Positions 30,424 through 41,152 are shown, counted from the stretch's first letter. The stretch: 64,000 bases of DNA from an uncultured bacterium (GCA_963710755.1 CAVQBK010000005.1:64001-128000), one strand, 5' to 3'. Notes: generated by a model from the letters alone, not told the origin. Translations and numbers: made by a program.

Positions 30424-31860
30424 TTAAGGGTTCTGGTTTTGACGAATATAGATCTGGGCGCCGGCTTCGTCTTTCCATAATTTAAAATGAGTATTAAATT
30501 TGATCCGATTCATGGCCTGCAAATACTGATTTCTGGAAAAAGGCCAAATATTGCCCTTGAGATGGAAAATGATGATATCCGGTTTTTCCTCGAAACTGTT
30601 CATGCCCAACACCCGCACCCGTTGGCTGTGACCAATGTGGGGGGCAATGTCCGCCTGGGCGTAAACCAGACCGTGCCCGGGCAATTTTGTCAGCAGGCTT
30701 GACAGTTGCCGATATTCGGGTTTAAGCGCAGGCCATGGCAACCAATGGACATTGAATACTATTAAAAATAGCGCGCTGCCCCAAAGCCAGGGTGCCCGCC
30801 GGTTATCCAGCCTGATCCAGGTAACCCATCGGCGCCAAGCATATATCAGGGCTACCATGGTCAAGGGAATCACCGGTGCGGCGTAATAGGTGTAAAGATG
30901 CTGCTGCATGATATTACCAGAGGTTAATTGAACCCATAGCGCCGGCAAGGAAGCCCAACCCCACAGGGTGAACAGCGGCAATCCCAACAAAGGCAGGTAA
31001 AATTTCCACAGCGCCGGCCTGAACAGAACACCCAAAGCCTGCAGGGGATGTGCGGCCATGCCCACGATTATTCCGAAAAGCCCATTGCCATAGTTGGCCC
31101 AGTTTTGGAACGGCTGATACCCCCCCTGGTTGGCTGGGAGCAAAATAACAAGAGACAGCACGCCGGCCGCAAAAGCAATGGCGGCTAAAAGCAGGCTACG
31201 TTTGCGTTCCCCTTTCAGACCAATAGCCATTAGGGCAAACCAGGCGGCCATATAAAACCCAATGTCTTCCTTAATCATCAGACAAGCCACCAGCCATCCC
31301 CACAAGGCCCAGCGGCGGTGGCTTAAAAACGCGTCCACCAGCATCAACATGAACAGCGGTGCAAACAACTCCACATGAAAGTCCGTCAACCCCAGACTAC
31401 GGGTATAATAGAAATTAAGGTAGACGAAGATGATGAGCAACCGTGCCCAAGGTTCCAGGCCCGCCTGTTTGGCAATACGATGCAGCGGGAGCACAGGCAG
31501 CACCAACAGCAGGCTTTGCAGCAAAAACAGAAATCCGGGGTAATTGAACAGCTTGCCCAAAGGCACCAACACTAACAGAAGGGGGGAAAAATGATCGACC
31601 AGGAGGCTTCTTCCTAAAATCGGAGAATACAGGCGCCAACTGTCCAGCGCCTGGAGGTAGATGGTCAAGTCTTTGGCGTAGGTGTTGAAACTGCCCTGCT
31701 CAAAAAAAAGGCCAAAATAATAAAGCACACCATAACCGGCGGCCAGGCAAAAGAGGATCAACTTTTCATTATAGTCAGGCAGTTGAATCTGTTTTTTGGC
31801 CAAACGGCTGGCAGTGATAAATGCGGCCAGCCAGATGATGCTTTTGATAAGGACCTCCAA
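30424..31860 (-). CDS. DUF2079-family multi-TM protein (GT-C-like)
   Basis: DLTIYLQAL, DHFSPLL, DFH, IKED motifs; many TM helices; probable TTG start after GGAGG. Confidence 0.75.
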   Translation of the reverse strand: MEVLIKSIIWLAAFITASRLAKKQIQLPDYNEKLILFCLAAGYGVLYYFGLFFEQGSFNTYAKDLTIYLQALDSWRLYSPILGRSLLVDHFSPLLLVLVPLGKLFNYPGFLFLLQSLLLVLPVLPLHRIAKQAGLEPWARLLIIFVYLNFYYTRSLGLTDFHVELFAPLFMLMLVDAFLSHRRWALWGWLVACLMIKEDIGFYMAAWFALMAIGLKGERKRSLLLAAIAFAAGVLSLVILLPANQGGYQPFQNWANYGNGLFGIIVGMAAHPLQALGVLFRPALWKFYLPLLGLPLFTLWGWASLPALWVQLTSGNIMQQHLYTYYAAPVIPLTMVALIYAWRRWVTWIRLDNRRAPWLWGSALFLIVFNVHWLPWPALKPEYRQLSSLLTKLPGHGLVYAQADIAPHIGHSQRVRVLGMNSFEEKPDIIIFHLKGNIWPFSRNQYLQAMNRIKFNTHFKLWKDEAGAQIYIRQNQNP

Positions 31861-31945
31861 ACCTGCCTCCCATGCTTGCCAACGTAGAATGGTCGTCCAA
31901 TCGTACGGTTCAAGGTTCCCGGACCTCACCGTCGTCGGGTTGATG

Positions 31946-32698
31946 TCATTCCCAATACGCCAAATCCCATTCCCAGGCATCAAGACGTAAATTTTTATGC
32001 AAGACCAGATACCACGTCTTGGTTTGCCGGCGCCAGCCGGTAATTTTTAAAACCACGCGTCCTTGCCCGGTAGTATTCACAATTTCAACGGTAGGATCAG
32101 TAATGGTAGGGAGCTCTTGGGCCATGACCTTCAAGACCTCTTGATAGGGCACGGCATAACGTTCACTTCTGGTCCGGCCCAAGCCAAAGTCACGGGAAAT
32201 CACCTTTTTCAAAGCCCCGCCATCCCTGGTTATTATCGCCTTTTCCACCCTTAAGATTAATTCATCCGCCGTCGGCGCCATCCAGCTTTTATCCCCTAAA
32301 ATCCATTTCAGCCGGTTTTCAGCGTCCACCCCCAGCTGTTCTTTTTCATAGATCAAGGGATAGTCCACCAGCAACCTTAAGTATAACTTGGCGGCATCTT
32401 CCTGGCGGCCTAACTTTTCAAAAGCTTCCGCGATGGTAAACAAATAAATGGGCAAGGAGACCGTGCGATTGAAATAGCGGCTCTCCATGCGAACTGAATC
32501 CACACCCGCTTTTTCCAGCCTTAGATAATCCAAATATGCTCTCACGGCCTGCGTGGGTTTATCAAAGTCAACTTTGCGCTCAGGAATACCCGTGCTCGAG
32601 CATGCGCTGAGCATCAGCACCCCTAGCCAAAGCCCGCAGGCCAGTACCGACCTGAACACCGGGCTAATAAAAGTCAGTCTCTTACCCTTCAGTTTCAT
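31946..32698 (-). CDS. Hypothetical lipoprotein with a TPR-like segment
   Basis: Lipobox LSAC; IAEAFEKLGRQEDAAKLYLRLLVDYP. Confidence 0.7.
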   Translation of the reverse strand: MKLKGKRLTFISPVFRSVLACGLWLGVLMLSACSSTGIPERKVDFDKPTQAVRAYLDYLRLEKAGVDSVRMESRYFNRTVSLPIYLFTIAEAFEKLGRQEDAAKLYLRLLVDYPLIYEKEQLGVDAENRLKWILGDKSWMAPTADELILRVEKAIITRDGGALKKVISRDFGLGRTRSERYAVPYQEVLKVMAQELPTITDPTVEIVNTTGQGRVVLKITGWRRQTKTWYLVLHKNLRLDAWEWDLAYWE

Positions 32699-32771
32699 AA
32701 GTATAACCTATCTTTGTGATTAATTCAAAATCTTTGCCCTTCCGGTCGGGAATGCGTGGCAATGTTTTTTT

Positions 32772-32855
32772 CGTCATACCGGCTGAAGCCGTTATCCAGA
32801 GGCTTTGATTTCAAAGGCTTTTCCGCATCTCGTTTCGGAGCATAACGGGATGACG
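32772..32855 (+). repeat. 84-bp palindromic intergenic element (CGTCAT...ATGACG), copy 1
   Basis: Colinear with the reverse complement of 63464-63547. Confidence 0.8.
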
Positions 32856-32986
32856 ATCAAAAAAGACAATTATGACACCGTCTCGTAAGCAACGGCTGCG
32901 ACCGGTGCTTACGGTGATTTTTTTCAATCTCTTGCCCTTGCCGCCATGTCATCAGTGGCGGCAAGGGCCGACAATAACCTAACCAT

Positions 32987-33024
32987 AAAAAAAGCGCCAT
33001 CCTCTTTCCGAAGATGGCGCTTTT
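32987..33024 (-). terminator. Rho-independent terminator after secF
   Basis: AAAAAAAGCGCCATC-loop-GATGGCGCTTTT hairpin; a second hairpin lies at 32934-32968. Confidence 0.7.
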
Positions 33025-33037
33025 ACTCATGATCAGT

Positions 33038-33952
33038 TTAGCGTGGCAAGGGATCATGTTCATTCCATTCCACCAGAATATTGCTGGCCACAAAGATGGA
33101 GGAATAGGTTCCAACCATGATACCCAACAACATGGCCAGAGAAAAGGTGTGAATGACCTCGCCGCCCAGAACCAGCAAGGCAATAACCACTAATACGGTT
33201 GTCAAAGAGGTGATGATGGTACGGCTCAACGTCTCATTGATGCTGCTGTTAATCACCTTCTTGTAATCCTCTTTGCGGCGATGACGTAAATTTTCCCGGA
33301 TACGGTCAAAGACCACAATGGTGTCATTCAGGGAATACCCGGCCACCGTCAGCAAAGCGGTGATCAGAATCCAGCTGATTTCATAATTGAAAAGCACAAA
33401 AATCCCAAGCACAGCCAGTACATCATGGAAGGTGGCAATGGTGGCCGCTACGGAATAACGAAAATCGAAACGCCACCAAATATAAATCAGGATCATGACC
33501 ACCGCCCAGAACACGGCGTATAAAGCTTGTTGGCGAAGATGGGCGGATACCGTGGGACCCACGTCCTCCGAAGCCAGCAGGCTGACTTTGTTGTCTTTAA
33601 TTTTTTCGGCCAGCAGGGCCATGACCCGGTCACTGACCTTGTCAGGCGGAAGCGCCGGCGCCATGACGCGCAGCATATATTTATACCGGCCGGTTTCATT
33701 GATGGACTGCTGACTCACACTCTGGAAATCCGGGTCACGCAGGGCTTCCCGCAAGACATCGGGAGAGACATTTTTTTCAAACTCAATTTCCAGATTAGTA
33801 CCACCGGCAAAATCCACACCCATATTGGCTTTATTGGTGACCACTTCATAGATGGCAAACAGTCCGAGCAGAATCAAAATCCCGGATACGATGAAAAACC
33901 AACGTCGTGGTTTCATGAAATCAAAATTGGCGTTCTTGAATAAATGAAACAT
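33038..33952 (-). CDS. secF: Protein translocase subunit SecF
   Basis: GVDFAGGT, FHDVL, GYSLNDTIVVFDRIRE, GTYSSIFVA. Confidence 0.96.
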   Translation of the reverse strand: MFHLFKNANFDFMKPRRWFFIVSGILILLGLFAIYEVVTNKANMGVDFAGGTNLEIEFEKNVSPDVLREALRDPDFQSVSQQSINETGRYKYMLRVMAPALPPDKVSDRVMALLAEKIKDNKVSLLASEDVGPTVSAHLRQQALYAVFWAVVMILIYIWWRFDFRYSVAATIATFHDVLAVLGIFVLFNYEISWILITALLTVAGYSLNDTIVVFDRIRENLRHRRKEDYKKVINSSINETLSRTIITSLTTVLVVIALLVLGGEVIHTFSLAMLLGIMVGTYSSIFVASNILVEWNEHDPLPR

Positions 33953-33980
33953 TGCGCTCTTGTCCTCCTGGGGCTTAGGC

Positions 33981-35318
33981 TTAGATCGAGAGTTTATTGT
34001 AATGCTTACGGGCATTGAATATCAGTTTGGTCACCACCAGGGCGGTAAACATGGAGATGGTAATACCGCACAACAAGGTAACGCCAAAGCCTTTAATCGG
34101 GCCGGTGCCAAACTGATAAAGTACAAAGGCGGTTATGATGGTCGTGACATTGGCATCCACGATCGTCCATAACGCTTTGCTGTAACCGGCATCGATGGAC
34201 GCCCTCACGGTTTTGCCCAGCGCCAGTTCTTCCTTAATGCGTTCAAAAATAAGCACATTGGCATCCACCGACATCCCCATGGTCAGGATAATAGCCGCGA
34301 TACCGGGCATGGTTAAAGTGGCCCCCACTGCGGTTAAGGCGGCCATCAGGAAAAGAAAGTTGAGAACCAAGGCGATATCGGCAATGATGCCTGAGGATTT
34401 ATAATATACCACCATGAACACGATAACCAGCAGGATACCCACGATCCAGGAAATCTTGCCTTTTTCAATGGAATCTTGTCCCAAGGTCGGGCCCACCACA
34501 TATTTGTTAATGATCTTGACCGGCGCCGGCAAGGCACCGGCCCTGAGCACCAAGGCTAAATCTCTGGCCTCATCAAGGGTAAATTGGCCTTCGATAATGC
34601 CGCTGCCCCCGGGAATTCTGGATTTGATCACCGGTGCGGAATAGACTTTGTTATCCAGGACAATCGCCAAGCGCCGATTGACATTGGCTCCTGTGACCTG
34701 ACCAAAGACTTTGGCGCCTTCCGGGTCGAGTTTGAACGCCACTACCGGACGGCCATAACCATCCATTTGCACTTTGGCATCCACCAAATGGGCCCCGGTG
34801 AGCACTGGCTTGGCGTTTACTACGTAAAGATCTTCATTGCGGCCTTTGAGAATTTCTTTGCCGGCCGGAACTTTGGCTGCTTCCGTGTTACCACTGGCAT
34901 CCATCATATCACTGACATTTTTTTGATCATCGACCAGCATGAATTGCAGCAAGGCTGTCTGGCCGATTACTTTTACCGCGCGCTGCGGGTCCTTAATTCC
35001 TGGCAGTTGCACCACAATCCAATCGGTGCCCTCCCTGGTGATCAGCGGCTCGGTCACACCCAGGCCGTCAACACGGTTGCGCAGAATTTCGATAGCCCGG
35101 TCCCTGGCCTCGTTTAAAGTAACATCAGGGGGTAAATCTTTGGACTCTACGGCTAGTTTCAAATACATTCCGCCTTGCAAATCCAGACCCAGCTTGATTT
35201 TTCCTGCCTGGACCACATGGCCATTGGCGTCCTTAACATCAAAGGGCGGATAAACAGCCCAAATGCTGGCAATCACCAGAGCCACGGTAAGGGCTGTCAA
35301 CCATTGGCGTAAGCGCAT
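33981..35318 (-). CDS. secD: Protein translocase subunit SecD
   Basis: LGLDLQGG, LRAGALPAP, GMSVDANVLIFERIKEE. Confidence 0.96.
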   Translation of the reverse strand: MRLRQWLTALTVALVIASIWAVYPPFDVKDANGHVVQAGKIKLGLDLQGGMYLKLAVESKDLPPDVTLNEARDRAIEILRNRVDGLGVTEPLITREGTDWIVVQLPGIKDPQRAVKVIGQTALLQFMLVDDQKNVSDMMDASGNTEAAKVPAGKEILKGRNEDLYVVNAKPVLTGAHLVDAKVQMDGYGRPVVAFKLDPEGAKVFGQVTGANVNRRLAIVLDNKVYSAPVIKSRIPGGSGIIEGQFTLDEARDLALVLRAGALPAPVKIINKYVVGPTLGQDSIEKGKISWIVGILLVIVFMVVYYKSSGIIADIALVLNFLFLMAALTAVGATLTMPGIAAIILTMGMSVDANVLIFERIKEELALGKTVRASIDAGYSKALWTIVDANVTTIITAFVLYQFGTGPIKGFGVTLLCGITISMFTALVVTKLIFNARKHYNKLSI

Positions 35319-35444
35319 CTTGTCATACTCCTCTCGGCATGATGGAATGGGGTATTATGAGACTAAAAAATTTTTGAAACTATACACCACTAATTTATGC
35401 ACGTCAATCCTTTTTACCTTTTCCCGCTGTATTTTCAAGGCTAA

Positions 35445-37163
35445 TCAGTCATGTTGCAAGATCCGGTTAAGGGTTTGACGAACAGGCACCGACGGTTCGC
35501 GTTTTAAATACCACTTTAGTTTTTGATAGATCACTTCATTCATATGCAATCCCAGACCTATCAGCGCCTCAGTGCGGATATCTTCGCTCTTCGATTCCAG
35601 GCCATCCCACAACAGCACTTCGTACTCAGGATGACCCAGGGACATCAAGCTGCTGGCGCAAAGAATGCGCACCAGGGGATCCTTGTCGTCATTGGCCGTA
35701 GCAGCCAGGGCCTGGATGGCATGTGGATCGGCAATGGCTTCCAAACCCAGGATGGCAAAGCGCCTGATTTGCGGATAACCGTGATCCAAAGCTTCCGTCA
35801 ATAAGGGCAAGGCTTTTTTATCCCCCATGACGCCCAGGGCCACAGCTGCCACGAAGCGGGTGCTGAACTCCTTAGCCTCCAACCGGTTTAAAAATTCCTG
35901 ATGATAGGCCGCACCATCGCTATTGGCCAAGGCAAGCGCATAAGTCAGATGTACACTGGTTTCCAGATCGGGGTTTTGCAGGGCTTTCCAGAAATAGGCA
36001 CTGCCCTTTTTACTCTTCATGGTCATCAAGGCTTTGGCCACCGCCACCTTGACTTCTTCGCTTTCCTTGGGATCAGCCAGGTGCTGCACTAGCATATCCT
36101 CGGCAGGCAAAGCCTGCAATTCGCCCAAGACCGTAGCCGCCGTAGCCCTGACCATGCTGTGGGGATCATGCAAATGATCACTGATAAGCAGCACGGCCTC
36201 TTTGGCGTTCAAGGCCCCCAAGGTGGACATGGCCCAATGCAGGACCGTGGGGTTGCGGCTGCTGAGCAAACGCGTCACCTGGGGGATACTGCGCTGATCA
36301 GGGATTTCCGTCAGGGCATACAGGCAAGCCATAAGCACCTGCTCATCCTTGGCCTTGTCCATAACTGTCCAGACAGTTGGCAAAGCCTCGGTGGATTGGA
36401 TTTGTGCCATTGCATAAAGGGCATGCATTTGCAGGGATTTATGATGGGATACTGCCGCTTTTTCCAGCAATGACAAAGGTTGTCTATAGCCGATATTGGC
36501 AAAAGCATCACATAGGAGAATTTTAGTTCGCACACTGCTTTGGTCCCAAATGGCCATCAGCGCGGGCAGCACGTCTGGCCGGGCCATGAGCGTTAACACA
36601 ATGATGGCTGTATTCTTGATTTTTTGGTGTTTATTTTTCAGCCAGGGCAGCAGAACGCGTTCCACACCGGGACCAGGTTCAATATGAAAAGCCACCGTAC
36701 GCATAGATTCCAATGTTAACAATACCTGCTTATTATCGCGGGGATATTGTTCCAGGCTTTTAATCAGCCAGGTGAAAGCCTGCGCATCGTTTATCCCGGA
36801 CAAGGCATCCACCGCGGCCAGCCGTACCCTGCGGTTGTGATCGCTAATGCCTGCTTGCAAGGCCTTAAAGATCCGGTCATCATTCACATTGATCAGGGCG
36901 CGCTGAGCCGCGTGCCGTACGGCCTTGGCTTTGTCGTGGAGCATGGTGTTGATCAAGGCCGCCACAGCCGGCTTGGATTTAATCCGGCCCAGGGTCTGGA
37001 CCACCAATATACGCTGGTATTGCAAGCCGCTGCCCAAGGCCGCAGTCAATTCATCGACTGACATTTCTATCAGAGGCTTGGCTTGACCGAGGCAGGTAAG
37101 CAAAATCAGACCCGTTATGATGCCTGCTATCTTTTGGGTTTTTGTGATGATATAGTGATTCAT
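35445..37163 (-). CDS. HEAT/PBS-lyase-repeat protein with an N-terminal signal or anchor
   Basis: Hydrophobic N-terminus, then repeated VRxAAxxALG units. Confidence 0.8.
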   Translation of the reverse strand: MNHYIITKTQKIAGIITGLILLTCLGQAKPLIEMSVDELTAALGSGLQYQRILVVQTLGRIKSKPAVAALINTMLHDKAKAVRHAAQRALINVNDDRIFKALQAGISDHNRRVRLAAVDALSGINDAQAFTWLIKSLEQYPRDNKQVLLTLESMRTVAFHIEPGPGVERVLLPWLKNKHQKIKNTAIIVLTLMARPDVLPALMAIWDQSSVRTKILLCDAFANIGYRQPLSLLEKAAVSHHKSLQMHALYAMAQIQSTEALPTVWTVMDKAKDEQVLMACLYALTEIPDQRSIPQVTRLLSSRNPTVLHWAMSTLGALNAKEAVLLISDHLHDPHSMVRATAATVLGELQALPAEDMLVQHLADPKESEEVKVAVAKALMTMKSKKGSAYFWKALQNPDLETSVHLTYALALANSDGAAYHQEFLNRLEAKEFSTRFVAAVALGVMGDKKALPLLTEALDHGYPQIRRFAILGLEAIADPHAIQALAATANDDKDPLVRILCASSLMSLGHPEYEVLLWDGLESKSEDIRTEALIGLGLHMNEVIYQKLKWYLKREPSVPVRQTLNRILQHD

Positions 37164-37348
37164 TGACTGCACTCCTATGATACTCGATTGGCTTCTTCCA
37201 GACCGTTTGTTCCCTTGGGCCCCCTGTCTTCCTTCTATATCTCTCTACCACCGCAAAGTTGGCAGGCCGGGAAGAAAATCAAAACCATTTCCGTATTTAA
37301 CATCTTCATCATTCTCATCTTTATTCCCGTACGCCCCGCCTTCTGTAA

Positions 37349-37909
37349 TTAATTTTTGTATACAGGTGATTTATAAAAAGACAATACTGTTAAGCCATAA
37401 GGTCGCTGTTCCTGCCGTTCCAACCCTGACCAGGTTGGCGGCAAAACCATCTTCCGGCTGTGTTGGACCACCACCACACCACTTGGCCTCAACAGCCTAG
37501 CCAAAAAATCGGTCTGTGCCCATTGATCAAAAACCGTCTGTTCATAAGGCGGATCCAAAAAAACAACATCAAAATGTTGTTTGCCTAGGTGCCTGCGTAC
37601 ATAGCTCAAGGCGTCTGCGCTGATCACTTGGAGAATAGCTTGGGAGGCCTTGATTTTTTTCACATTGCGTTCCAGACTGGCCAGAGCCTGCCGATGGTTT
37701 TCCACCAGGATCACCGGTTTGCTGCCCCGGCTGAAAGCTTCCAGGCCCACGCTGCCCGAGCCGGCATATAATTCCAGAAAGGAACCTGACAGGGGATAGC
37801 CCAAGATGTTGAAAAGGGACTCTCTGATGCGACTCAGGGTGGGGCGGGTATGAGCCCCCGCAGGGGTGACTAAGGATAATCCTTTGTAGCGGCCGGCAAT
37901 GATCTGCAT
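37349..37909 (-). CDS. rsmD: 16S rRNA m2G966 methyltransferase
   Basis: MQIIAGRYKG, TRPT, LYAGSGSVGLEAFSRG, DPPY. Confidence 0.93.
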   Translation of the reverse strand: MQIIAGRYKGLSLVTPAGAHTRPTLSRIRESLFNILGYPLSGSFLELYAGSGSVGLEAFSRGSKPVILVENHRQALASLERNVKKIKASQAILQVISADALSYVRRHLGKQHFDVVFLDPPYEQTVFDQWAQTDFLARLLRPSGVVVVQHSRKMVLPPTWSGLERQEQRPYGLTVLSFYKSPVYKN

Positions 37910-37928
37910 AGGTTATGATTCGTTATGA

Positions 37929-38306
37929 TTATTTTTCAAGAAAGGTTTTAACCCGCTCTCTAAGTTTAACCGGTTCAAAAGGCTTAACAATGTAATCATC
38001 AGCCTTGACCTTATACCCTTCTTCAATTTCCCGTTTTTGACCAAAAGCAGTAAGCATGATAATGGGTATCATCGAAGTCTCCGGTGCATTCTTGAGTTCC
38101 CGGCAGATATCGTAGCCATTCATTTTAGGAAGCATTATGTCTAACAGGATCAGATCGGGTTTGAGTTGTCTGGATTTTTCCAATCCCGAGAGACCATCCA
38201 TAGCAGGAATCAATTCATACAGGTCGTGACTCAGTGTCACCATGACCAGCTCCATGATGTCCGGCTCATCCTCAACAATAAGAATTCTCTTTTTGTTTTT
38301 GGTCAT
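37929..38306 (-). CDS. Single-domain response regulator
   Basis: ILIVEDE, LLDIMLP, IIMLTA, YIVKPF; no output domain. Confidence 0.92.
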   Translation of the reverse strand: MTKNKKRILIVEDEPDIMELVMVTLSHDLYELIPAMDGLSGLEKSRQLKPDLILLDIMLPKMNGYDICRELKNAPETSMIPIIMLTAFGQKREIEEGYKVKADDYIVKPFEPVKLRERVKTFLEK

Positions 38307-38409
38307 CCCATCCCCTCCCGACATTCTGTCGCGGCGCACGGTTATTATAGGTACTGCCCTTTGCCCTGGCAAGGATTAATTGCCTCTGCTCCGCGCCTAC
38401 CCCGATGGC

Positions 38410-40833
38410 TTAAGCGGTCATGGCATGCTTTTCTTTTTGTTGGTAAAGCTCGTCATAGGCTCGGCGCAGGGCTTGGTGCTCTTGATGCTGCAGATGCGGG
38501 TCCTGGCTTAAAATCTGCTGGGCCAGGACCCGCATTTTTTCAATTTTATCAGCGTCACGAATTAAATTGGCCAGTTTAAGATCGGGCAGGCCGTGCTGAC
38601 GAAGTCCGAAAAATTCCCCCGGCCCGCGCAGAGCCAGGTCTTGTTCGGAAAGGTTAAAGCCGTCGCTCACCTTGGCCATAATCTCAAGCCGGGCCCTTCC
38701 GTCATCGGTTTTAGGATCGGCAATCAAAAAACATGCCGAAGCGTGGGCGCCGCGGCCCACCCGCCCGCGTAGCTGATGCAGAGCCGCCAAGCCAAAGTGA
38801 TCGGCATCTTCTATAACCATAACCGTGGCATTGGGCACATCCACGCCAACTTCCACCACCGTGGTGGACGCCAGTACCTGAATCGTGCCCTCCTTAAAAG
38901 CAGTCATTACGGCATCTTTTTCTTCGCTGCGCATGCGGCCATGGAGCAGTCCCAGGTTAAGACCGGGTAATACAAACTGTTGCAGCCGTTCGTATTCCAC
39001 AGTCAGAGCACGCATCTCCAGTTTTTCCGATTCCTCGATCAAGGGAAAAATAATATAAGCCTGCCGGCCCTGGGCCACGGCCTGTTTAATCCACTCAAAG
39101 GCTTTTGAGCTCTGTTTGCGCTTCAACCAAGTGGTGGTGATCGGTGTGCGTCCCGGCGGCAACTCATCAATGGTGGTCACATCCAGGTCACCGTAAACTG
39201 TTAACGCTAAGGTCCTGGGAATAGGCGTGGCGGTCATCACCAACACGTGGGGCTGGTCGCCTTTGGAACGCAGCAGTTGACGCTGTTCCACCCCAAAGCG
39301 ATGCTGTTCATCTATGACCACAACCGCCAGAGCGTCAAAAACCAATTTTTCCTGGGTCAACGCGTGGGTTCCCACAATGATTTGAATCTCACCACTGGCT
39401 ACCTGCGCATAAATGTCGGCTCTGCTTTTGCCTTTTTGCGAGGAGGTTAACAGCTCGATTTTCAAGCCCAGGGGCGCCAGCATTTTTTTCAGGGAAACAT
39501 AGTGCTGGTAAGCCAGAATTTCAGTGGGCGCCATCAGGGCGGCCTGCCGGCCTGAATCCACGGCCGCCAGGGCCGCTACCATAGCCAGAATGGTTTTACC
39601 TGAGCCGACATCCCCCTGGAGCAGGCGGTGCATGGGTTTGGTCCGTCCCAGATCTTGAAGTAAGGCCAGCTTGGCGCGCTCCTGGGCACCGGTCAACTCA
39701 AAAGGCAGGCTCTGTAGAAACTGATTCAAATAATGACCATTGGTGGCCAGGGCTTGGCTATGGCGCTGCTGATAGTGGCGGCGCAGGCGGGCAATGGCCA
39801 GTTGTTGCAGCAATAACTCTTCCACCACCAGGCGGTCATGAGCTTGGCTCAATTTGGTGTTGCTATCAGGGTAATGAATTTGCCGGATTGCGTCCTGGCC
39901 GGCGATTAACCCCATACTCTGCACCACCGTAGGCGGCAGGATTTCCGGATAATCTCCAGGCAAGGCTTGCAAGAGTTGATAGATCAGGGCACGCAGCATC
40001 CGTTGGGTCAGACCTTCCGTAAGGCTGTAAATGGGCACCAGGCGGTTGGTGTGCAGCTGGTCCTGATGATCATCGTCAAGTATTTCAACTTCAGGATGGG
40101 CAATTTGATAGCTTCGAAAAAATTCGATCCTGCCATAGGCAATGACCTTTTGCCCCACTTCAAAGCGGTCTTTAAGATAGGGTTGGTTAAACCAGGTGGC
40201 GTCAATCCTGCCGGTGTCATCGGCCAGAATGATCTTGGTTAAATTCAGGCCACGCTTAACCTTGAAGGTGCCCTTGGCCTGCACCACCCCACAGATCAAG
40301 GCCGCTTGTCCTGCTTGGACCTGGTTGATGGGTTGGATTTTGGAACGGTCCTGCCAATCGCGGGGATAAAAATGAAGCAGATCCGCCGCTGTCGCCAGCC
40401 CCAGTTTTTTCAACATGGCGGCTCGTTTGGGTCCCACGCCTTTAAAGTATTGCAACTCCATGGCCAAATCTTTGATGGGCGCCAAAGGACTGGATGCCTC
40501 AGCCGGGCTTGATGGGTTCGGCCTGGAAAGCTCGGCATGCGTGGGGTCTTGCAAGTGCTTGAACTGCCGACCCACCTCTCGGATCAACCTGCGGCGCTCT
40601 TCAGACGTGGCTTGATCATAAACATTCAGAGGTGCTATCAATAATTCGGCCTGTTGGTCGGTCAGGTCCGCTTGCATCACCAATTTGTCCTTTAGCCGCG
40701 GCAACCAGGCGCCCACCCCGCCGCTGACTGCCCGGTTATGATACCCGGAGGCAGCTTCCAGTTTCAAAGGCTTGAGCAACCAACCGGCAGCTTCCAAATT
40801 CGGTTCATTATTTTTAACTTTTTCACTTGCCAA
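38410..40833 (-). CDS. recG: ATP-dependent DNA helicase RecG
   Basis: LQGDVGSGKT, IDEQHRFG, MTATPIPRTL, LHQLRGRVGRG; start moved to a TTG so it does not overlap rpmB. Confidence 0.95.
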   Translation of the reverse strand: MASEKVKNNEPNLEAAGWLLKPLKLEAASGYHNRAVSGGVGAWLPRLKDKLVMQADLTDQQAELLIAPLNVYDQATSEERRRLIREVGRQFKHLQDPTHAELSRPNPSSPAEASSPLAPIKDLAMELQYFKGVGPKRAAMLKKLGLATAADLLHFYPRDWQDRSKIQPINQVQAGQAALICGVVQAKGTFKVKRGLNLTKIILADDTGRIDATWFNQPYLKDRFEVGQKVIAYGRIEFFRSYQIAHPEVEILDDDHQDQLHTNRLVPIYSLTEGLTQRMLRALIYQLLQALPGDYPEILPPTVVQSMGLIAGQDAIRQIHYPDSNTKLSQAHDRLVVEELLLQQLAIARLRRHYQQRHSQALATNGHYLNQFLQSLPFELTGAQERAKLALLQDLGRTKPMHRLLQGDVGSGKTILAMVAALAAVDSGRQAALMAPTEILAYQHYVSLKKMLAPLGLKIELLTSSQKGKSRADIYAQVASGEIQIIVGTHALTQEKLVFDALAVVVIDEQHRFGVEQRQLLRSKGDQPHVLVMTATPIPRTLALTVYGDLDVTTIDELPPGRTPITTTWLKRKQSSKAFEWIKQAVAQGRQAYIIFPLIEESEKLEMRALTVEYERLQQFVLPGLNLGLLHGRMRSEEKDAVMTAFKEGTIQVLASTTVVEVGVDVPNATVMVIEDADHFGLAALHQLRGRVGRGAHASACFLIADPKTDDGRARLEIMAKVSDGFNLSEQDLALRGPGEFFGLRQHGLPDLKLANLIRDADKIEKMRVLAQQILSQDPHLQHQEHQALRRAYDELYQQKEKHAMTA

Positions 40834-40890
40834 TGAAATGCCCTCATGATAAATTGATCGCCTTGATTTTAAGAAGAGGTGACCACTATT

Positions 40891-41085
40891 ATGCCCGCAA
40901 AATGTGCTGTTTGCAACAAAACATCCCAGGTTGGTTATAAAGTATCGCACTCCATGCGCCACACCAAACGCACTTGGGAACCTAATTTCCAAAAAGTACG
41001 TGCCGAAATTAACGGCAGCGTTAAACGGGTGCAAGTCTGCACCCGTTGCCTGCGCTCCAACAAGGTTAAAAAAGTCGTTGCCTGA
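40891..41085 (+). CDS. rpmB: 50S ribosomal protein L28
   Basis: CAVC...VSHSMRHTKRTWEPNFQ...VCTRCLRS. Confidence 0.96.
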   Translation: MPAKCAVCNKTSQVGYKVSHSMRHTKRTWEPNFQKVRAEINGSVKRVQVCTRCLRSNKVKKVVA

Positions 41086-41152
41086 TCTGTCCTTTAATCA
41101 GGAAACAAAGATCAAATTTAAGGGCGAATAATTAATCACCCTTATCTTTTCG

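Noticed and set aside
37051-37345. Short ORFs between rsmD and the HEAT-repeat gene
   Set aside because: They overlap real genes or are very short, with no motifs or RBS
40834-41034. N-terminal extension of the recG ORF
   Set aside because: Antisense to rpmB; the real start is most likely TTG 40833
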